This document shows, in pieces, positions 26,186 to 39,905 of a stretch of 64,000 nucleotides of DNA. The translations under genes and the position numbers were made by a program. This stretch comes from the human T2T-CHM13v2.0 reference genome, Homo sapiens. The notes under the pieces were generated by a model, which made no database searches, had not been told where the DNA came from, and saw only the letters and a program-made list of their open reading frames with translations. Within the stretch, counting starts at the first letter, position 1. Each line of letters begins with the position of its first letter. The stretch lies in NCBI RefSeq assembly GCF_009914755.1, contig NC_060928.1. One strand, given 5' to 3'.

Positions 26186-29100
26186 TTTGTACACCTTCTG
26201 AAACTAACAAGATTTTAGCTTGTTAACAAACCAGATTATACCTCCTTCTGTCTAAACACTAAATTCTTATTTGATGGATTCAGCATTGTTTGTCGAAGCA
26301 CCCTGTGAAATGGAAAATAGACGGCTCTTTCCTCTGACTGCTCAACAAACCTCCAGAAGTATATTTAGAACATTTAGCACTTGAGGAGTGTTAAAGACTG
26401 TCTGTATATTTCATAAGGCTGTCCTCCTCCTCATCTGATATGAGGAGGTGGTATTAATTTCTAAAAATAGTAGAAAGGCAGAGTAAAGCAATCCAAGAGA
26501 GTCTCCTACACTGTGTTCTTCAAAGTATCTTTTGCCTTTTGGCTATCTTGAGAACAGGAAACGAAATAATTTAGCAGATTTTTCAGTGTTTCTTGAATCT
26601 GCTTTACATTTTCATAATTCTTCCCTTGTCATATTCTGTGAATCTTTTCATGTTCTTTATAACATTGATTTTAGCATTTATCCAGTGATGTTTAACCAAA
26701 GTGGATGGATTCAGTCTTATTTCAAGATGTCTCTTGCCCAACTAGATAAAATTCTTTACTCTACAAATTTTTTCAGAGTCTTTTGTTCAGCAGAATTTTT
26801 TTTCTGTCGAAAATTTTTGTTCAGCAGAAATTTTTATTTCTAACAAAATTTGGATTGCAGATTATTCGGTATGATTTGCTATCTTTACAGCCACTTGTAA
26901 TTTATAGTTTTTTTTTTCTTTTTGCTATTTCATGAGGCTAAGAGACTGCATGCAGATGAGAAGCTAATATATGGCATGTTCTTTATATTCAGAAATAACC
27001 CTACTCACTATCGGGGTTGGTGTCTTGAGTTGTGTTTCATGGACACACACAGGTAATTTGTTACCTACAGTCTCTGTTGATCTCATTCTCTTGGAACTAA
27101 TGGTGCACACTTTGGAGGTAATTGTATTGCCTCTGTGTAGAAAATAGGACATTGAGGTTTAATGGATTTAAGTAACTTGCTCAGGATAACCTTGGTCTAT
27201 TTGTTTAAAACCCATTTAAAATATTTTTACCATGGAATTTTGTTCTTAAAAGGAAAAATAACATTTTAAGGAACTGTCATATACCCACCACCCACCTTTT
27301 AAAGCTATTAATGTTTGCATGTTTTAAGGCCCAGTCTTCATCACTGTACTCTCTTTACACCTAACAGGTTCTAAAGAAACTCAGTTGACACTGGGGAGGT
27401 CAGAAAGTGTTACGTTTCTTTTTAGGCTCGCTTTAATTGGATTCATGTAACCATTTAAAATCATTCTTATTGTGATTATTTTTAAAACCCACAAAACTAA
27501 GAAAATCCATTTTTAATCCCTTGAGGGAAAAAATGCAAAAATAAGCAAACTGGAAATCTTAGCAGTTGGGTAGTTAAAAACAAACAAAGCAGAATTATCC
27601 AAGAGTTAGTATGCGCAGTTCCATGTACTAAAAGTGGGAGATGAAGTATACCCAGTTCTTGACAATCTAGCAGCAGATAATTGATTTTGTCTCTGGACCT
27701 TCTCCACTCTGTGGTCTCCTGCACTTCCTTCTACCATTTTCCTGGCCCAGTGAGGAATAGAGGCAGTGGAGTAGCATGAATGACTCCATGTGACAGTCTC
27801 CTTTAATGATTGATATTATTTTTGAGTCAGGCATAGGATTGCTTTTGGTTATTCACACCACTTCTCTATTATCTTCACACAGATAATAAAACATTGATTC
27901 AGATAGCTGCTTTAAACTATAAAATTCTAGGCCCATGGCTTGGCCATGTTTGTAGTCCTAGCACCTAGGACAGGGCCTGACTTCCAGTGGGTTTTCGGTC
28001 ATGTTTGTTGGCTGGAACAGAACCACCCTAAGATGATATGTTATTGGTTAAGAGCCTACAAGTGGACTGCTTAATTTTTAAGCTGGGTTAATATGATCTA
28101 AACAATATTTTTTTTGGCATGCATGTAATGTAAGAAAAAAGATTGTTATTATTTTGAAAACAAACTGAAAACTGAAAACCATTAAACAGATGTAGTTTTG
28201 CTCCAGACACATTGCCAAAAATAATGTAAATAGTGTAAATTGTGCTGAAATGGGAAGGAAAGGAAACAAAATCTAAAGGGAGAGAAACATTACAGCTAGA
28301 AAGCAAAGTTATTTTTTAGAACTATTATTTCTGTTGTGACCTTTTCTTCAAGTTAACTGATAATACACAGTGAGTTGCTTTTTCTAATACAGAAACCCGT
28401 GGCATTCTAGGAGCTTATTTATAACCCCCTGCGAGGAGCAGGCAGTAAGGAAGAAAGCTTCATTATGCATTTTAAACACTGTGCTTCGTGTGGTCAGATG
28501 AAATGTTATTCTGCTTGCACTGTGGTATCTTTTACGTCTGAGCAAACATACCTGGCTTACTTTCCCCAACTTCCCCCTCTCTTTTTTCTCTGTTCAGGAA
28601 ATCAATTTGGTTGAATTTCTTGTGTAGGGTGAAATCCATGGACTCGTACAGAGTTGGTGAGTGGGCCATCAATGGGATCTCTGTTAGCTCATTTTTCATC
28701 AGGGAGATACATTTCTTTCCCAAAGCTGTGATCTAGGAGAGTTGCCAAGCAGCTAGAGTTAAAAAAAATACACAAAAACCGCAAACAACATAATTCTTTC
28801 ATGTGGCATTCTCTCCTTTGTGCTCATCATGCTTGATGATCGCTGACCAGTTCTAAAATAGAGTCCATGGGTTCAAGCCTTTGGCTGTTTCTGGGCTCTT
28901 AGACACTTAGTCTCACAGCTTGATCCCAAATAATTGTCCACTGACAGTATTCAAAGGGCGGAGGTGCAAGACTCTCTTTTTGTAAGGTGGGACTAAATTG
29001 GAAAACTATTGAAATTCATGAAAGATTTCTCAGGTTTACTTTTGTGAGCTTAGCACATGTAGAACATTTACAAAGCTTTAATGTCCATATCTGAACATGT

Positions 29101-29852
29101 GTGCTCTTTTAATCGAAAGTCCTCATTTTTTTTTTTTTTTAGATCCCTGCCTATCTCTTTGACAGGATCTATAGTGGTGGCTTAAAACCTAAATGTGGTC
29201 TTTCTTTTTTGCTTTCCAGATCTTTGGCAGGGCTAGTATGAAACAATCCAATTAACACAACTTGATTTCATCTGCTTTATTTTGTGATTATCTCTTGGTG
29301 GCCAGAGCCAGCCCTCTGGACCAGAGGAAACAATGATGCCCACCTGGTCAATGGAGGTTATTTTAGTTGTGAGTACTCGAATTTGTCTTGTGTGTAAGAT
29401 TCCTTAAAGAAGCTGTTGTTTTTCTGTGACCTAAATAAGATACTGTTCCCAGGTAACTTTGGGTCTAAAAAATGACCTCTTTCTTGGGGCCTTTCAGATG
29501 ACTGAATTGAATGATTCTAAGTGTTACGCAATTAGCAAAAGATGTCTAACAATCACTTTGGGGATCCGGAACAAGTGTGGTCCCAGTTCAACTGTGTTCC
29601 TGTCAGAATACCTCTGTGGTGACTCTCTCCTACTACGTCAGTTCCAGAAGCGGGGGATGGAAGACCCCTGTTGTGGCCAGCAGTGCTGTTCCATGTCCTT
29701 TCCAGTGCACTGTCTCCTCTGCTGCTCAGGGTCAGGATGCCCACACACTCCTGCGCCCAGCTTCTGAGTCTCAGTCTCCCCTTCTAGGTCGCCTTTGCAG
29801 CTTCACTCTTTGTTTGCTCTGTGGAAGTTTCTCGTTTAAGCTCTGTTGAGTG

Positions 29853-31368
29853 AAAAGAGTGATCACAACCCCATTGGCATTTTGTTTTCTGTTTCTGCGT
29901 TAATTCACCTAGGACAATGGCCTCCAGCTGCATCCATACTGCTGCAAATGACATGATTTCACTCTTTTTTATGGCTGTGTAGTTCCATGGTATATACATA
30001 TATCACATTTTCTTTACCCAGTTCACCATTGATGGGCACCTGGGTTTATCCCATGTCCTTGCTATTGTGAATAGTGCTGTGATGAACATGTACATGCATA
30101 TGTCTTTTTGGTAAAATGATTTATTTTCCTTCGGGGGTATATGCAGTAATGGGATTGCTGGGTCAAGTGGTAGTTTTATTTTTAGTTCTTTAGAAATTTC
30201 CAAATGCTTTCCATAGGGACTGAGCTAATTTACTTTTCCACCAACAGTGTATAAGTGTTCCCTTTGTATGCATTCTCACCAACATCTATTTTTTGACTTT
30301 TTAGTAATAGCCATTCTGACTGGTGTGAGATGATATCTCATTTGGTTTTGGTTTACATTTTCCTGACAATTAGTGATACTAAGCATTTTTCATGTTTGTT
30401 GGCTGCTTGTATGTCTTCTTTTTAAGAAGTGACTGTTCATGTCATTTGCCCACTTTTTAATTTGGTTGTTTTTTGCTTGTTGAATTATTTAAGTTACTTA
30501 TAGATTCTGAGTGTTTGCCCTTTGTAGGATGTATAGTTTGCAAATATTTTCTCCCATTCTGCAGGTTGTCTGTTTAGTTTAATAGTTTCTTTTTTTGCTG
30601 TGCAGAAAGTCTTTAGTTTAATTAGGTCCCATTTATCAATTTTTGTTTTTGTTGCAATTGCTTTTGAGGGTTCAGTTTTATTATTCTGTATATGGATGGC
30701 CAGTTATCCCAGCACCATTACTGAATGGGAAATCCTTACCCAATTGCTTATTTTTGTTGACTTTGTTGAATATAAGTTGGTTTTGGGTGTGCAGATGTAT
30801 TTCCAAATTCTCTGTTTGGTTCCACTGATCTATGTGCCTGTTTTTGCACCAGTACCAGCATGGTACTGGTTAGTTACTATACCCTTGTAGTATACTTTGA
30901 AGTTAGGTAATGTGGATGCTTCTGGCTTTACTCCTTTTGCTTAAGATTGCTTTTGCTATTTGGGTTCTTTTTTGATTCCATATGAATTTTAGAAATACTT
31001 TTTCTAATTCTGCTAAAAATGATAATTGGTGGTTTGATAGAAATAGCATTCAATCTGTGGCTTGCTTTGCGCAGTATGGCCATTTTAATGATTTTGATTC
31101 TTCTAATCCATGAGTATAAAATGTTTTTCCATTTGTTTGTGTCATATATGATTTCTTTAAGCAATATTTTGTTTTAACTAGTTTTCCTTGTAGAGATCTT
31201 TCACCTCCTTGGTTAGATGTATTTCTAGGTATTTTATTACTTTTGTGACTATTATAAATGCAATTGCATTCTCGATTTGACTCTCAGCTTGAATGTTATG
31301 GTGTATAGAAATGTTTAGTCATAAAAAGAATAAAGTACTGATATATGCTGAAAAAAAAGAGTGATCAC
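29853..31368 (+). mobile_element. TSD-flanked polyadenylated retro-insertion composed of antisense L1PA15-17-like ORF2 sequence (about 29875-31314) plus a short sense L1M-like tail with AATAAA
   Basis: TSD aaaagagtgatcac at 29853-29866 and 31355-31368; AATAAA at 31329-31334; A8 at 31351-31358; minus-strand ORFs with L1 ORF2 similarity (AIKKSEIMSFAAVWMQLEAI; DTNKWKNILYSWIRRIKIIKMAIL). Confidence 0.85.
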
Positions 31369-32386
31369 TAGTTATGGTGCTTCAGGAACATTCGATAAAT
31401 TAACTTTTCATGACTACGTTGCAGTCAAGAAGCAAAATATTTCTATTTTGCCTTGAAATTATAGTGTGTGTTATACTTTTCAGCTTACTGCAATAAATAG
31501 CCTCCAAGCAAATGGCACTTGGGTTCTTTTGATTTCAGTTTTTTTGTAGCAAAACTAAGTTTTCATTTATTTTATCTCCTATGACCTCTTTACCCAAAGT
31601 AGGCTGATCTTGGATTCTCTGGTCTATTTATGCCGCTGCCGTTCCGTCTTTACATCTCCCGTTGGAGCATGGCTGTTGCATTGACATGATGTTTTTGGTG
31701 TGGGTGTTCAGTAGTGATGAAGAGTAGCCACATGCCATGATTGGAATCAATAGACATTGCCTGGGATCTTTACTGTACCTCATTGTCAATTAGACAGTAG
31801 CAGGAAATCTTTGATATCAGGGGCAGCCCCCTCAATCATGTTTCATGGCATTCAGGCAGCAGTGCCATGTGTCACATATATTTGATGCTTGTGTGATTGG
31901 GCAGAACTCATTAGTATGTGGTTGTGCACAGACTCTGGGCCCTCCACCCTCTGAAGAAAGAAAGTACAGCACTCAATGGATGAATTCTTCAGAGAAAAGC
32001 TATCAAATTGGAATATAAACTAACTCCTTTGAAGCGCCACTGGAGGGGAACTTGATGTACTGGGAATATGAAGGATGGGCATGGAAAATATAGAGGAAGT
32101 GACCAAGGAAAGCAAATAGAAAAAGTGGGATGGTGTGGATACAAGAGTGAGTATTTCTGGAGTAAGAACATGAGTGGCTCCTGTGCATTGTGCATTGTTT
32201 GAGAACAATATAAGATAGGGCTTTCATGTTGCTATGGACTGTATTCTGGAACTCCTTGGAACAATTGTAGGGGATGCTAGAGAAAATGGAAATTCTTGTA
32301 ATTGTGACATTGTTCTTGACCATGTGAGTCATGACTTTGTAAAGTTTGCAGTAATGATTCCAAAAGCTTGATATGATTTACCTTTA

Positions 32387-32713
<327 letters not shown>

Positions 32714-33071
32714 CTAGAACTAATTTCACGATTATTCCTATATCTTATTACTCTCATTCATAAACATTTAGAGTGTTTTCCCTCCATGGGAGAGAAAGGG
32801 TGTTCCAGGGAATGTAGATCATCTCCAACCTCTTATCCGTGCTACAAGTCAGAGTGGGTATCTATTGCTATGAATCAGTGTGGCAATTATCATTTATTTA
32901 TAGTGCCTGTGATTTGTGATTTTATAGTTTTTAATTTACCCATAAGTAAATTTTTAATGAGGAAAAAGGCAAGAATAAATGAAAAAAGCCTAAGTAATGT
33001 GTTTATATATCCATGGAACATGAAAAAGAAATACGTTTTAAATGTTTCTCTCAGTAAGAATGCAAGAGTTC

Positions 33072-33402
33072 CATAAGTTACAAACTGGAGGACTACAGGT
33101 CAAGCGTGTCAAATGTAGCCTGCAGTCAGGTTTAATTGGGCCCTCATAGTGTTTAAAAAATTTTGAATCTATTGCCAACATATCAAATATGCAGACTTCA
33201 TAGGAAAATCCGACTTTCTGATTTCTCTTGAATAGTGGGAACGTTTGGAAACGTTAGCCTGTATTCCCATCAACTGGATGTGTTTAGTAGTTTTGCTCAT
33301 TGGATGGGGCATATGCACCTTTGTTTGCTGGTGCCCCTACAATGCTGTTTTTGTAAGTACAGGCTGCTTTGTTTATGTAGGCATTGGAGTGTATGATTCC
33401 TA
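33072..33402. mobile_element. MER102-like hAT-Charlie element
   Basis: acaaactggagg...agtgtttaaaaaattttgaatctattgccaacat...aaaatccgactttctgatttctcttgaa...ggatggggcatatgcac. Confidence 0.75.
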
Positions 33403-33659
33403 ACTAGATCACTAAATTAAAGGTAGACAAAGTGGTAGAATTTTAATGTTTATAATAATACTGTTAATACTAATAATGTTAAACACCTGAACATGCTATG
33501 TATTATAATTTTAAAAACAATAAGGTAGAATGTATTTCCATAATTAGAATACTTTATTTTCTTATAAAGCCTCATTTTTGAGATCTTTCAATGACTTATT
33601 GTGCTACCCAGATGCAAGCATAAAATGACATAAGCCATTTAAAGATCTATAAAAAGATG

Positions 33660-33954
33660 GGCTGGGCACAGTGGCTCATGCCTGTTAATCCCAGCACTTT
33701 GGGAGGCTGAGGTGGGTGGATCACTGAAGGTTAGGAGTTTGAGACCAGGGTGGCCAACATGGTGAAACCCTGTGTCTACTAAAAATACAAAATTAGCCAG
33801 ACATGGTGGCAGGTGCCTGTAATCCCAGCTACTATGGAAGGTTGAGGCAGGTGAATTGCTGGAACCCAGAAAGCAGATGTTATAGTGAGCTGAGATCGTG
33901 TCACTGCACTCCAGCCTGGGAGACAGAGTGAGACTCTTTCTCAGGAAAAAAAAA
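33660..33954 (+). mobile_element. AluS
   Basis: Full dimer; TSD atctataaaaaga at 33645-33657 and 33955-33967. Confidence 0.96.
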
Positions 33955-34149
33955 ATCTATAAAAAGAAGCTTTATAAAGAAAAGGAAAGTAATAGGATTA
34001 TTTTAATTAAAAGAAATAATCACATTATTTTTAATGAGAATTTATATTTTTCAGATCTCTAATCCATAGGTTATATTAGCAGTGTGAGCTAGTTTGCATA
34101 TATAAACCCTACTTTATTGTTTTGTATGACAATACATAGAATTTAGGCT

Positions 34150-34362
34150 CATGGTAAAGACGTCGGGTTTGGATACTACTCTGTCACATGCAAGCTGTGT
34201 GGCCTGGGCAGTTAGAGCTTCTCTATGCCTTGATTTTCTCACTCGTGATGTGGGAATCATTATAGCACCTCCCTTGGATGATTGTTTTGGTGATTAAATG
34301 GAATAATCTAGACAGGGCAGTTGATTCAGAATAAGAATTCAATAAATGTTCAGTCTTATTAT
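34150..34362 (+). mobile_element. MIR SINE
   Basis: ctctgtcacatgcaagctgtgtggcctgggca...gtgattaaatggaataat...tcaataaatgtt. Confidence 0.7.
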
Positions 34363-34497
34363 TTCTAGATAAAGTCTTCATGTTATCTACTTTATTACAT
34401 CTTTTATTATTAGTTGCCAAAATCTTGGTGCAATATTGGGAGTGTGTTGGGCATGCCTGCATCTTCTGTCAGCAGCAAGGGTGTAATACTGTGCTTT

Positions 34498-34545
34498 ATT
34501 GTGCCACTGTGCTCCAGCCTGGGCAACAAGAGCAAAACTCTGTCT

Positions 34546-34595
<50 letters not shown>
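34498..34595 (+). mobile_element. Very short Alu 3' fragment (Sp/Sq-like end) with a long A/(GAAAA) tail
   Basis: gtgccactgtgctccagcctgggcaacaagagcaaaactctgtctc + about 30 A + gaaaa repeats. Confidence 0.9.
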
Positions 34596-37500
34596 GTGCT
34601 CTCCTACAAAATCCTAACTTCTGAAATTTCATCTAGTGCCTTATGCCTTCATCTGCAAAATGAGGAGACTTCTCTTCGCCATCCACCTTGTAGCATAAGG
34701 CAAAGTAGAAATTTTGTATTGAAAATTGAGGCTATTCATAGAAAGCTGTTATAAAGACTTTGCCTTCCATAAATAAATTTGATGAAGATGAATTTAGTCA
34801 CCCACTTTCCAATTCCTAACTCCATGCATTTTTCAAGCTTTGGTAATAGAATATAAAAAAGCATAAGTATAAAATTGTGGCCAAATGTTATGCAAACTGC
34901 TAATTTATTGATATGAAAATATACTTTGTCCTTGATGTGTGTCTTGTCTTGTAATTTTAACATGATTTTTCCTTGTGTTCATGTTGACTTCTTGCTGGAA
35001 GAAGGGAGGAAACATAGATTTTATTCCTATACCTGAAAGGATCCACAAGAAAAAGGTTTTTAAACCAGTATACGTGGGATATAGCACTAACTTGGGGAAG
35101 ATACTGCTCATCAATAGGAATTTATGATTATGTGTTTCCATCTTGTTGTTCGGTCTCCCAAAAAAATTTGGTTTTAAGTGGGAAGGGATAGAAACGGTAC
35201 CATAAGAATTATTTCTTTGATTTGAAATTGCTGTTTTCTTGCACTGCAGGACTCCCACATTGCTGAGCAACCACTGTCCTTTCTGAGGAAACAGAAAGCA
35301 GTAATTCACTGTTGTAAATGAAGATTGAGTGTGATGGGTTACATTTGAGGAAAATGTCCTTTTAAATGTTTGCAAAAACACAAATCTATCTCAGCTGTAG
35401 GGTTTTCACTGTAGAGACTCTTGTAAATTTTGTCTGGCTGCCATTGTCATTGTTGCTACATTTATTCCATTTCTGTCACTGCCTGTTAGGTGAATGTTTT
35501 GCTTTTATCTGATAACTTCAGAAACGGGAGTTATTTCTCCTGAGGCTGTAAGGCAGGAGTGTCTTTCAGGAGCTGGTTCGTTGTGAAGCATGAAGCTGTT
35601 TTTCCTGAAAAGAAGGTAAGTTGTTAGACATGGTTTTAATTCCCTGCTGTGTCAGTGTAAACCATCCTGTACTGGGGAAAACAATAAGGTGGAATTATCT
35701 AAGACAGGAAAGTTCAGAAAGTCATTCCAATTGTTTTTGTTGCTAACTACTAGAAAACAATTTGTGGGATGAGCCCGTTTCTTTCTCTCTAACCTTTTCT
35801 AGACCTGACCATGCGGGGCTAGACACCTTCAGTGTTTGAAGTGGTATTAAACAAGATGCAACAGGCAGATGACACACAGTTGTCAACATTTCATGTATTG
35901 CTGTTCTCTAGAAAAATACACCCAAACCTCAGATGACAAAAGAGAAGTAAAGACATTGGTCTTTTAGTGGAGGCTGTTGGAACATTGCCAAACTCTTATA
36001 AAAAGCATTTTATTCCACATTTTCACATTCCATTTTTATTCACCTTTTTATGAGTAAATTTACATGTATAGATTGTAGATATACAACTCCACTTAATTTA
36101 TTTCTCATTCTTTGAAAATTTTGGCTTTTTCTCCCTATTGTAAGAAAAGTCTCTGTAATATTTCTCAGTGTTAAAGAGAAAAAAATCCTCTGTTTTAATT
36201 AAATGTTGGGGTCAAAGATTTCACATATTCTCGGGACCAGTTAATTGAATTACCTAATTATTCCAAGAGTGGGTAATATTTAAAATGGTTTTATTAGTGG
36301 AGATCCACAACTTAGGAACTGGTTTCCTTCTAAGTTATGAGCACTTTCCAAAAGTTGTTTGGGACTCGGAATGCCATCCCCTGCCCTACCCCACAAAGAA
36401 AACAATAGTTTAAATGATGATAAATGAAAATTAGTTTTCCATCCTAATCCACAAATCTTTGTAACCCATACTGGGGCTGATCTATAGTGCTGTGGTTTCT
36501 TTTTGCTTCTTTGGAAAAATTAATGCCAAGTCACAACGTGACATATGACTTCCTTCATAGCTCCAGTGTTGAAAAAATAATATTTTGTTTTCCCTTTGCC
36601 TTGGACTGTTAGAAGTTTTTCTCTCCTTCTGCTCGAACAGAAGCAGTATAAGGAGTTCTTATTCATTTTTCTCTTTTCAGTGCAGGGACATGAAAGGAGT
36701 TGGGCATGGCCACATCTGACAAAGATGGTAGCAGAAAGAGATTTTTTGCTCTGCTTGTCCAACCTCCCATGCCCACTGCCCCACCCACTGGCCCTGATAG
36801 TGAGGATCACATTGGCCACCTGGCCTGAACAACAGTTGGGTTCAATAAGCTGGCGATAGCTAGGTTCCTGCACTAGGCACAGAAAGCTAGAAGGCAGGTC
36901 AAGTCAGAGTCCCTGAAGACAAGCATTAAGTCAAATGGTTTGTGATAGATGTTGCAGAGCAAATAGCTTGGTATTAGGCAGAAATGGGGTCCAACCGTAG
37001 GCAGGAAGGGAACCGTTTGTGTGGGATGCTCAGGAGTTTCCATTGGAAAGGGAGGGGTAGTATGCGATGCTTGGACCTCTGTGAAAAGGATATTTTTAAA
37101 GTGGTGTACTTGTTAAGTCCAGAGCTACCCATAATGCTTTGGAGTAATAAAAAAATGGAATCAGTACAGATTAAGGAATATAATATAAGGAATGGAAACC
37201 ACATTTATGATCAATTAATAAAGATCTTTTTAAAATTTCATGAAATGTTAAGAAAATATAAGAAAATATTTAGAAAATTTATCATTTTATAAAATGCTGA
37301 TGTAAATTTAGTACTTATATAAAACACTAAAATTCTTCTAAAGGGAAAAAATCTTACCTGAGATAATGTCTTATATAAATGTAAGTCATTACTATATAAC
37401 AGCTTCCCTATGGAAAGAACCTAAAGTTTAAAGGCATGTTAAAAACGTTTTTAAAAATATGTTGATTATTTTAATGGGGTTGTACTTAGATATAGGTACA

Positions 37501-38334
37501 ACTTAGTTAATATCTTTTTCCTTTTTAAAAAGCTTTATAATATTTTCTTTATTCCTTTCATCATCGTTTTCATGAACGTCCTTTAAAAAGTAACATCTTA
37601 CTTTCTGGCGTCACTAGCCTAAACACAGTCTAAAGTTCTTTCTCAAAACTTCCATCTTCTTGAATCTATTCCTAAAGTTTTCCTGAAGATCCAACTCTGT
37701 TTAGCATCCATACTGTTATTTTTTCATTCATTCAGATTCAATGCTAGGCTGTGGGAATATAGTGATTAAAAAATTTCATGGTTTTTGCCCTTCAGCCTTT
37801 AGTCCTTTAAGTCAGATTACAAATTAAAAAGATAAATTTAGAATGATTCTCTTGTTTCCCTACAAATGAGCATGAATTATGCTAGAATTCAGTCCCGCAC
37901 TTTTTTTCAAAGACTGGTTAATGTCCAGGTAAAACTGAGAGCTTTCTGAGCTAAAGGTATGATAGAGCTGACCCAGTGACCTTTGTTTAACAATACAAAA
38001 GTTTATAAAACACTTTCATCATTGCCTCTTTCATGTAGTAGGACACCTTGCCTTTTAAAATAGTGCCTTACAGTGTGTTCCAAACAATCTAATCTCATGA
38101 AAAGGTCGAACGAATTTACATCTGGTATTCTTCAGCGTCCCATTGTGTTTGTGTTGACTTGAAAAACCCGAGGATCTTGCAAGTGAAACAATATGATTTC
38201 GTGGATGGCACATCAAACTGCTAAATTAGAAGACTTGAGTTTGAATTTTAGCTTTAAGAGTATCTAGTTTTATCACTTTACTGCTCAAGGCTTCCACTTA
38301 CTCTTCTGTAAAATGCAGGGCTGAGATAGATAAC

Positions 38335-38849
38335 AATTAAGATAGTAATTTTCGTGTAACCGACCACCCCCAAACATCAGTATCTAAAAACAATAAGCAC
38401 TTATTATTACTCTGGAGGCATCTATGGGTCATTTGGGCAGAACTGCCTATATGGACCAGGCTTGTGTGATCTTGATTGGGCTTGGCCATTCTGCAGTCCC
38501 CTAGCAAGTTGGCTAGGGGTTGGCTCCTGTGGAACTGCCTGCTTGCATGTCTAGGAGATGACTGGCTGTTGACTGGACAACAAGATGAGAGCATTACATG
38601 TTTTTTATTATCCAGCAGGCTAGAGTGGGCTTATTCTCATGGCCAACACATGTATCCCCAAAGAGTGAGCAGACACATACGAGGCCTCTTGGAGCCTGTC
38701 ATTTCTACCACATTCTGTTTGGTGGAAGCAAATCTCAAGCCCAGCTCAGATTCGAAAGATGGGGAAATAGAGTCCAAAGTCTCATTGAAAGGTCATGGAA
38801 ACAGGGAAGGGTGAAGAATTGCAGCATGTTTTACAGTTTATTTACTACA
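38335..38849 (-). mobile_element. MLT1 (H-like) MaLR LTR inserted in a MIR3 (about 38215-38870)
   Basis: gtaaccgaccacccccaaac...tccagcaggctag...ctaccacattctgtttgg...aagcaaatctcaagcccagctcagattc...ctaca. Confidence 0.75.
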
Positions 38850-39494
38850 GGCCCCTCTCAGTGCTTTCTGTTAAACCTGTGAGTAATCTAATTGGTTATT
38901 TAAATACCTACCAGTGTACTTTGGCATTGAAAGAAATACAGTAGAGGAAAATAACCTTTGACTATATTGAAGGCACTTTGTATTTTATAAAACCATTTTC
39001 ACTTTTGAGAGAAACATAAAATAAAGACACCCTTGAGGAGCTGGCAACATGGTTAAAGCAAATAAGGCTCATATATTAAAAAATAGAAAACATTTCAAGA
39101 CCATTTTTCTTGGGGGTTGCAGACTTGTAAGAACTATAGGACATAGAATAGTAAGAGACAAATATGGTCTGGAATTATTTACCAAGCCTTGAAGAACGAG
39201 GTGTCAGTAGTTAGATCTGGACTAATAAGACTTTTCTTTTTGGTCATCCTTATATTTATACATATGAAGACAGAAAAAGTTATTTTAATTAGTAAACATT
39301 TAATTTAAATAAGCAGTTTGCTGGTGAATAATCTCAAAACTTGTATTTTGCTTAGGAGAGAAATTGTATCTTTACTATAGACGTTTAGTAAATAAAAACT
39401 ATTCTCTCAAGAATGTTTAGTTTTCTCAAGAGTCACCAAATATTTTTAGGCAGTGGTTCCTTTGAATATAGCAAATAGAATTAATTTCAACCAC

Positions 39495-39905
39495 TAGTAA
39501 AGTGCTGGTGGTTCACCAAAATCTATTTCCTGTGCCATACCTCCCAGCCTCTCTTGTGGTTAGATGTATCATTTGACCAAGTTCCCTCTAATGGACTGTG
39601 AGAAAAAAAATGTGTGATACTCTCTGGCTTGTTCCAGTAAACCCCTAGTACATGCTCCTCTATGCTCATTCCCTTTTCTGGCAGACTGGTTTGGCCACAC
39701 CCAGGGTGATCCTGGGAGCCATAGATTGTCTTTGCAAGAGCTGTTGTCAACCTGTGTTCCTAAATGACTGCCTGGAGCACAACTCCTCTTTCAAACAAGA
39801 GCATCTGCCCTGTATTATTAACTGAGCAAGACATAAATGCTATTGTGTTTAGCCCATTGCGTAGTGCATTTATTTGTTTCATCAGTATAGTTGCCCTAAC
39901 TAATA
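39495..39905 (+). mobile_element. MLT1 (I/J-like) MaLR LTR
   Basis: cccagcctctcttgtggttag...tgaccaagttc...aatgactgcctggagca...tgagcaagacataaatgctattgtgtttagccc...ctaactaata. Confidence 0.7.

Noticed and set aside
32030-32052. CTCF-like site gcgccactggagggga
   Set aside because: Mismatches at core positions; cannot be supported without ChIP data
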